DNA from: Spirochaetia bacterium | Lineage (GTDB): Bacteria > Spirochaetota > Spirochaetia > UBA9216 | Assembly (NCBI GenBank): GCA_963675665.1 | Contig: OY776510.1 | Span: 3,648,001-3,712,000, forward strand | Direction of reading: 5' to 3' | DNA: 64,000 bases | In this document: positions 58,631 to 64,000 of the stretch, piece by piece | Position numbering within the stretch: the first letter of the stretch is position 1 | Layout: every line of letters begins with the position of its first letter | Notes under the pieces: model-generated | Databases searched by the model: none | What the model was told of the DNA's origin: nothing | The model's input: the letters and a program-made list of their open reading frames with translations, nothing else | Position numbers and translations under genes: made by a program

Positions 58631-59410
58631 ATGAAAAAGCAAGACAACACAGATCTGCCGGTTGTTATAGTACAAAAACTGAAAAAATCATACAGGACCA
58701 GCACTGTTACTGAGGCTCTCAGGGGAATTGACATCAAAGTAAACCGGGGAGAAATCTTCGGAATAATCGGGGAAAACGGCGCAGGTAAAACAACAGCAGT
58801 CGAATGCATGCTCGGTTCCAATATTCCTGATTCCGGAACAGTAAATATTCTCGGTTTTAATCCTTTTACTTCTGACCGCAAAACCCGAAAAGCATTATTT
58901 AACCGAATAGGGTTTCAGTTTCAACAGACTAATTTCCGGAATAAAATAAAGGTTTACGAAACCTGTGAAACAACAGCCGCATTGTACGACAATCCTGCCG
59001 ACTGGAAAGAACTGTTAAAAATATTCAAACTTGATTCCAAAGAGCATGAATACATTTCGGCGCTCTCCGGCGGACAGAAACAGAAGCTTTCGGTCTTACT
59101 TGCACTTATCCCGAGTCCGGAACTTGTTTTTCTTGATGAGTTGACTACAGGACTGGATCCGAAGGCCCGCAGAAGTATGTGGATTTATTTAAAACAGCTT
59201 CAAAGTGAGGGAATAACCATTATTCTTTCTTCTCACTATATGGATGAAGTAGAATATCTTTGCAGCCGTATAGCCATTCTGAAAGACGGGCTGATAACGG
59301 CGGAAGGAACTCCGGCCGAGCTGATTTCCAGGCATTCAACAAAAAACCTTGAAGAAACTTTTCTGTTGTATATGAAAAAAGATGATGATAAAGACTTTAT
59401 TGAAAATTGA
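58631..59410 (+). CDS. ABC-2 exporter ATPase
   Basis: GENGAGKTT, LSGGQKQK and LDELTTGLDP motifs. Confidence 0.93.
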   Translation: MKKQDNTDLPVVIVQKLKKSYRTSTVTEALRGIDIKVNRGEIFGIIGENGAGKTTAVECMLGSNIPDSGTVNILGFNPFTSDRKTRKALFNRIGFQFQQTNFRNKIKVYETCETTAALYDNPADWKELLKIFKLDSKEHEYISALSGGQKQKLSVLLALIPSPELVFLDELTTGLDPKARRSMWIYLKQLQSEGITIILSSHYMDEVEYLCSRIAILKDGLITAEGTPAELISRHSTKNLEETFLLYMKKDDDKDFIEN

Positions 59411-59428
59411 ACGCAGGAGTAAATAATT

Positions 59429-60145
59429 ATGAAAAATACATTTGCAGTTCTGCTTAAAACAGAGATAAAACTGGCTGTCCGGGGAGGCGACATGCTCATA
59501 TTCGGGATAGCAATGCCTGCGGGCATCATGCTCTTGATTGGATATATAACATCACAGCAAACAATGCTTAACGCCTTCAGCGGGGTTGCAAGTATCGGGA
59601 TTTGCGCATCTGCGTTCATGGGAATACCATTAACATTTGCCGGACTGCGCTACGAAAAGATCCTCAAGCAATATAAACCTACTCCGGTAAGCCCGCTGAT
59701 GCTGCTTGGAGCGAATTGCCTGCTTCAGTTTCTTTTCGTTCTGATATCCGGAAGCCTGATATTCCTTATTGCACATTTTTTATTCGGTATTACTCCTGCA
59801 AACGGCTTAAGGTATATTCTTACATTTTTATTCAGCACATTCACTATCTTCAGCCTGGGTTTTCTTATCGGTTCACTGGTACCCGACATTCAAACAGCCA
59901 ACTGGGTTACCACAATCATCTATTTTCCTTCCCTTTTCCTTTCAGGCGCAACCGTACCGTACACGGTGCTGCCGGACGGCTTGAAATCAGTCGCCGGGTT
60001 TTTCCCGATGACTCAGGCTATACATCTGCTTGATAATGCAGTTCACGGCAATCCTGTTAAAGAAGATTATATACGTATTGTTATAATGACCTTTACCGCG
60101 TTAATATGCTATCTGGTTTCAATAAAGATTTTCAAATGGGAATAA
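59429..60145 (+). CDS. ABC-2 exporter permease
   Basis: 6 TM helices; FLSGATVP; IFKWE C-terminus. Confidence 0.9.
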   Translation: MKNTFAVLLKTEIKLAVRGGDMLIFGIAMPAGIMLLIGYITSQQTMLNAFSGVASIGICASAFMGIPLTFAGLRYEKILKQYKPTPVSPLMLLGANCLLQFLFVLISGSLIFLIAHFLFGITPANGLRYILTFLFSTFTIFSLGFLIGSLVPDIQTANWVTTIIYFPSLFLSGATVPYTVLPDGLKSVAGFFPMTQAIHLLDNAVHGNPVKEDYIRIVIMTFTALICYLVSIKIFKWE

Positions 60146-60158
60146 CGGCGGCGATATT

Positions 60159-60971
60159 ATGTACCGGATAGGTCAATTTTCAAATATTACAAAGGTAACT
60201 GTAAAAGCATTAAGATTTTATGAGGAATCCGGTTTGATAAAACCTGCCTTTATCGATCCGTCAAACGGTTACCGGTATTTCTCATCGGATCAGCTGCCCG
60301 CAATGCATAAAATAGTTTCTCTGAGACAATGCGGTTTTTCTATCCCCGAAATAAAACAGATGCTGGAGGGCCATGATTTGCCCAGGCTCCTTTCCGGACA
60401 GAAGCAGAAGCTTGAATCGGAGCTTACTGAAAAAGCAGCACAGCTGGCATCGATAAATTCATATCTTGATTTCATAAAAGAGGACACTTCCATGAAATAT
60501 CAAATAGTAATTAAAACCCTGCCGAGGGTTATCGTTTATTGCATGAGGACAGTTGTTAAATCATATGACAGCTATTTTGAATTAATCCCGGGAATCGGAA
60601 AAGAAATATGTGCGGCCAACCCCGGATTAAAATGTATTGAAGACCCTCCCTATTGCTTTATTATTTATCATGACGGGGAATACAAAGATCATGATATTGA
60701 TATTGAATTCTGCGAAGCGGTATATGAAGCCGGTGTTGAAACTGAAAATATTAAATTCAAAACCATTGACGCAGTACCCAGAGCCGCATGTATTCTTCAT
60801 AAAGGTCCCTACTCAACCCTTTCCCGTGCTTACAGTGCTGTTTATAAATGGATTGAGGATAATAACTATATTCCGGGCGGAAATCCCCGTGAATCATACA
60901 TAGACGGTATCTGGAATCAAAAGGATCCGGCTGATTGGCTCACAGAAGTGCAGGTACCGCTTCTTGAATAA
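60159..60971 (+). CDS. MerR-family regulator with GyrI-like effector domain
   Basis: YRIGQFS, ALRFYE and NGYRYF motifs; HKGPY...RESY...WLTEVQVP. Confidence 0.93.
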   Translation: MYRIGQFSNITKVTVKALRFYEESGLIKPAFIDPSNGYRYFSSDQLPAMHKIVSLRQCGFSIPEIKQMLEGHDLPRLLSGQKQKLESELTEKAAQLASINSYLDFIKEDTSMKYQIVIKTLPRVIVYCMRTVVKSYDSYFELIPGIGKEICAANPGLKCIEDPPYCFIIYHDGEYKDHDIDIEFCEAVYEAGVETENIKFKTIDAVPRAACILHKGPYSTLSRAYSAVYKWIEDNNYIPGGNPRESYIDGIWNQKDPADWLTEVQVPLLE

Positions 60972-60992
60972 AGGCTCCTGAGACTTTCCTTC

Positions 60993-61021
60993 TTGATATC
61001 TTTTCACTATTAAAGTATGAT
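60993..61021 (+). promoter_or_regulatory. Sigma-70 promoter of the DEAD-box helicase
   Basis: TTGATA-N17-TATGAT. Confidence 0.65.
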
Positions 61022-61136
61022 GCCCCAGGTAAAGGCATCAAGCCTTGTTTTAATTGTTCTGCCGTGAATATTGCGGCCTCTTCTTTTCCATGTGTCCGGC
61101 GGGTAGAGATTTGTAACAGCCCGGACCAGGATATAT

Positions 61137-62462
61137 ATGGAAAACAACTCTAATAAAAAGAACCATCGCAGACACAGATCTGCCGCTTCGCCAGTAATTA
61201 ATACAGATGCGCTTACCGGCGTTTTCAAAGCGCTTATACCCGAACTTCAGAAAGCGGTTGCTGCTGAGGGCTACATATCACCCTCTCCAATACAGGAACA
61301 GGCAATACCTCATTTATTAAATGATCGGGATATTCTCGGATGTGCCCAGACGGGAACTGGCAAGACTGCAGCCTTCGCTTTGCCGCTTCTTCAGAAGCTG
61401 TCAAAATACAGCTCCAGACCGGGCCGTGGAACTCCCCGCGCCCTGATTCTTGCTCCGACAAGAGAACTTGCAGCACAAATCGACGACAGCATAAAAGCCT
61501 ATTCCAGGTTTTTAAGGACCAGCCATACCGTAATATTCGGCGGAGTAAACCAGGGCAGCCAGGTAAAAGCTCTCAACCGCGGAGTAGATATTCTTGTGGC
61601 CACTCCGGGCAGGCTTCTGGATCTCATACAGCAGGATTATATATCTCTTTCTGAAATCGGTGTTTTTATCCTTGATGAAGTAGACAGGATGCTCGATATG
61701 GGATTTATTCATGATATCAACAGAATAATGAAATACATACCGGATCAAAGGCAAACCCTGTTTTTTTCAGCAACTCTTCCGCCCAAAATTATGCAGCTTG
61801 CCGAAACAATGGTTAAAACTCCGATCAGGATAGACATAGCGCCTGAACAGCCTGCTGTTGAAAGGATTGAGCAAAAGGTTCTTTTTGTTGCCCAGAAGGA
61901 TAAAAATGCCCTGCTTAAAACCATCCTCGATGACAGCAGTGTTGAGAAGGTCATACTTTTCACCCAGATGAAGCATGTAGCCAACAGGGTCGTCGACAAA
62001 CTGACCTCCGACGGTATCCGAAGCGCTGCAATCCATGGTAATAAAAGCCAGTCAGCCAGGGTCAAGGCCCTCGCAGGTTTTAAAAACGGCGATTACCGCG
62101 TTCTTGTAGCTACAGATGTTGCGGCAAGAGGCATTGATGTGGACGACATAACGCATGTAATTAATTACGATTTGCCGATGGAAGCTGAAACATATGTGCA
62201 CAGGATTGGAAGAACCGCCCGGGCAGGCGCTGCAGGTGTGTCAATTTCGTTCTGCTGTGCAGAAGAACGTGCATATCTTAAAGCTATCGATAAACTTCTT
62301 GGTTCTTCTGTCCCTGTTGAGATGAATCATCCGTATCACTGCAATGAATCTCTTAATTCAAAATTGCCGGCACCGAAAAATTTCGGAAGAGATGCCAACC
62401 GTAAACAGTACCCGGGACGAAGAAGCAGCAGTACAAGAAGACACAACAGATATTCAAAATAA
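61137..62462 (+). CDS. DEAD-box RNA helicase (RhlE-like)
   Basis: AQTGTGKT, PTRELA, TPGRL, DEVD, SAT and HRIGRTARAG motifs. Confidence 0.95.
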   Translation: MENNSNKKNHRRHRSAASPVINTDALTGVFKALIPELQKAVAAEGYISPSPIQEQAIPHLLNDRDILGCAQTGTGKTAAFALPLLQKLSKYSSRPGRGTPRALILAPTRELAAQIDDSIKAYSRFLRTSHTVIFGGVNQGSQVKALNRGVDILVATPGRLLDLIQQDYISLSEIGVFILDEVDRMLDMGFIHDINRIMKYIPDQRQTLFFSATLPPKIMQLAETMVKTPIRIDIAPEQPAVERIEQKVLFVAQKDKNALLKTILDDSSVEKVILFTQMKHVANRVVDKLTSDGIRSAAIHGNKSQSARVKALAGFKNGDYRVLVATDVAARGIDVDDITHVINYDLPMEAETYVHRIGRTARAGAAGVSISFCCAEERAYLKAIDKLLGSSVPVEMNHPYHCNESLNSKLPAPKNFGRDANRKQYPGRRSSSTRRHNRYSK

Positions 62463-62488
62463 TAAGAATTTCATGTTATAATATTTGC

Positions 62489-63139
62489 ATGAAAAGAAAA
62501 ATCGTTATAGCGGCTGTAATAGCAAGTCTGAGTTTCGCGCTTTCCTCGTGTCTTGATGCAATAGAATATATTACAATAGACAAAAACAGGGATATTCAAA
62601 TCAGTTTCATGATTACTGTGTCGAAGAGCCTTTTCGCGATGGGGGGAGAAGGCGAATCAGTAGAGGAAACATTTGAAAAGGATATTCTTAATCCTGATGA
62701 AATCTCCGGTCTGATACCTGGAGCCAAGAATGTGGAAACACATCTGATAGATTCAGATGTTGATTACGGTTATCTTTTTGTTTTTACTTTGCCCCGGAAT
62801 TACCAGCCTGCTGACGACGTACCGATGACTCCCCGTATCAACTGGGACAGTATGGAAATTCTTCTTACCATGCCTAATACGGAAAAGGAAGAAAAAGCGG
62901 ACACCGCACAAACGAATGAAATTGACGAGATGGCAGAAGCCATCTTTTCCAGCGCCAAATACAAAATACAAATCAGCAAAAAAGTCCTCGAATACTCCTC
63001 GAAAGCTTATGTAAAATCTGCCGATGGAGAAATCATTAATGTTGATCTTGTTGATCTTGGCGACGCATATCTTGTCAACCTGCCCCTGCTTATGGTGATG
63101 ACCAGCGAAAAACAAACGTATCTTGTTTTTGAATTTTAA
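62489..63139 (+). CDS. Hypothetical lipoprotein
   Basis: Signal peptide with lipobox LSSC. Confidence 0.8.
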   Translation: MKRKIVIAAVIASLSFALSSCLDAIEYITIDKNRDIQISFMITVSKSLFAMGGEGESVEETFEKDILNPDEISGLIPGAKNVETHLIDSDVDYGYLFVFTLPRNYQPADDVPMTPRINWDSMEILLTMPNTEKEEKADTAQTNEIDEMAEAIFSSAKYKIQISKKVLEYSSKAYVKSADGEIINVDLVDLGDAYLVNLPLLMVMTSEKQTYLVFEF

Positions 63140-63222
63140 CATGGTTAGATGAAATATAATTCGATTTGCATTCAGGGCTTTAATACTTTATACTAACCAC
63201 ATTTAATAACCAGGGGTAAACC

Positions 63223-64000
63223 ATGCACCGAACATTACAGGAAGTTTATGCTGAATGTCTGAAACAATTCACCGGAGCGGACGGCCGGGAGGGCCTTGGC
63301 GGAGCTCCGTTGAAGACCGCAACAAAAGGCAGTCTTGCTGAAAAAACAGCCTTGATTCTTACTGCAATGATGGAAGACAAGCCGTTTCCTTCCGGTATTC
63401 CGGAACAATCCGCTATAGGAACATTTTTCAATCTTGTTAAAGATGACTTTATAAAACTATATTCAAAAACTGAATACGCTGACTTCCTGAATGAACGTGC
63501 TGAAATCATATTTAAATCTGAAAATCCTGTTGAAAGGGCAAAAGCTGTTTCAGAACTTTGGCTTCCGGATTTAACAATAGACGATGACAGAATCTTCTCA
63601 GCCTGGAAGCTTTCGGAAGCAGTACCCAACCAAAGCCCGTACCGGCCCGAAGAAGTCCTGATTCAGCTGAATGCTCTTTATGCGCCCTGCGGAGATACGG
63701 CTCCGGGCTGGATATCACCTGAACTGGCAGCCGAATACCAAAGTTATTTCGAATCTGCACCCGAAAAAATTGCCGTATATGACCATCCGGTTCCGGTTTT
63801 CAGCCGAGGGAAATCTCATGAACTGGAAAACTGTCTTATTGAACTCAACAGCGATATAGGATATGAAAAGCAGTGCGGGGTATTTCCTGAAAACCTCAGG
63901 CTGCCGGTACTTATATCTATTTCAACCACCCATGCAGGACTGGACAGGATTTGTGAGAAATGGCTCGGAACAACTATAAACGACTTTAACCTGGACAACC
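63223..64000 (+). CDS. Conserved hypothetical protein (3' end beyond the window)
   Basis: SD AGGGG + ATG 63223 (MHRTLQEVYAEC...); frame open to the window end with YDHPVPV and ISISTTHAGL motifs; missing from the ORF track. Confidence 0.75.
   Translation, partial: MHRTLQEVYAECLKQFTGADGREGLGGAPLKTATKGSLAEKTALILTAMMEDKPFPSGIPEQSAIGTFFNLVKDDFIKLYSKTEYADFLNERAEIIFKSENPVERAKAVSELWLPDLTIDDDRIFSAWKLSEAVPNQSPYRPEEVLIQLNALYAPCGDTAPGWISPELAAEYQSYFESAPEKIAVYDHPVPVFSRGKSHELENCLIELNSDIGYEKQCGVFPENLRLPVLISISTTHAGLDRICEKWLGTTINDFNLDN

Noticed and set aside
1-64000. Prophage, CRISPR-Cas, restriction-modification, toxin-antitoxin, retron or other defence systems; rRNA; known riboswitches
   Set aside because: No supporting genes or motifs recognised; UvrD, TatD and SMC here sit in housekeeping contexts rather than a defence cassette

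Overview
64-kb chromosomal window, most likely from a free-living anaerobic spirochete (Spirochaetales): FlaB-type flagellin with sigma-28 promoter and CsrA hairpin, short spirochete-type SMC, PUR/DUF3276 protein, and the ffh-rpsP-khpA-rimM-trmD-rplS operon extended by FliK-like/FlhB-like/HD-GYP/yraN genes. The left third is housekeeping. The middle has transport and metabolic genes: LacI sugar ABC, GldA/F/G-like ABC, K+ channel, aromatic-amino-acid-type ABC, UvrD, tatD-tcdA. An accessory block follows tRNA-Leu: ArsR/thioredoxin/DGC/ArsP-like permease, aldo-keto reductase/AraC, an intact IS66 with 8-bp TSD, and an oxidoreductase remnant. The right end has RRM, MerR/ABC and DEAD-box genes. No CRISPR, prophage or defence system was seen. 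The most interesting signals are ones the ORF track misses: a candidate ~83-nt sRNA carrying a 16S-like anti-SD tract, a 47-aa FlgM-like ORF, a probable CTG start for yraN, a sigma-28-driven 71-aa orphan, pervasive leaderless promoter architecture, a 43-bp double-operator palindrome and a collapsed DUF3524 glycosyltransferase pseudogene. All family calls come from motif recognition, not database searches.
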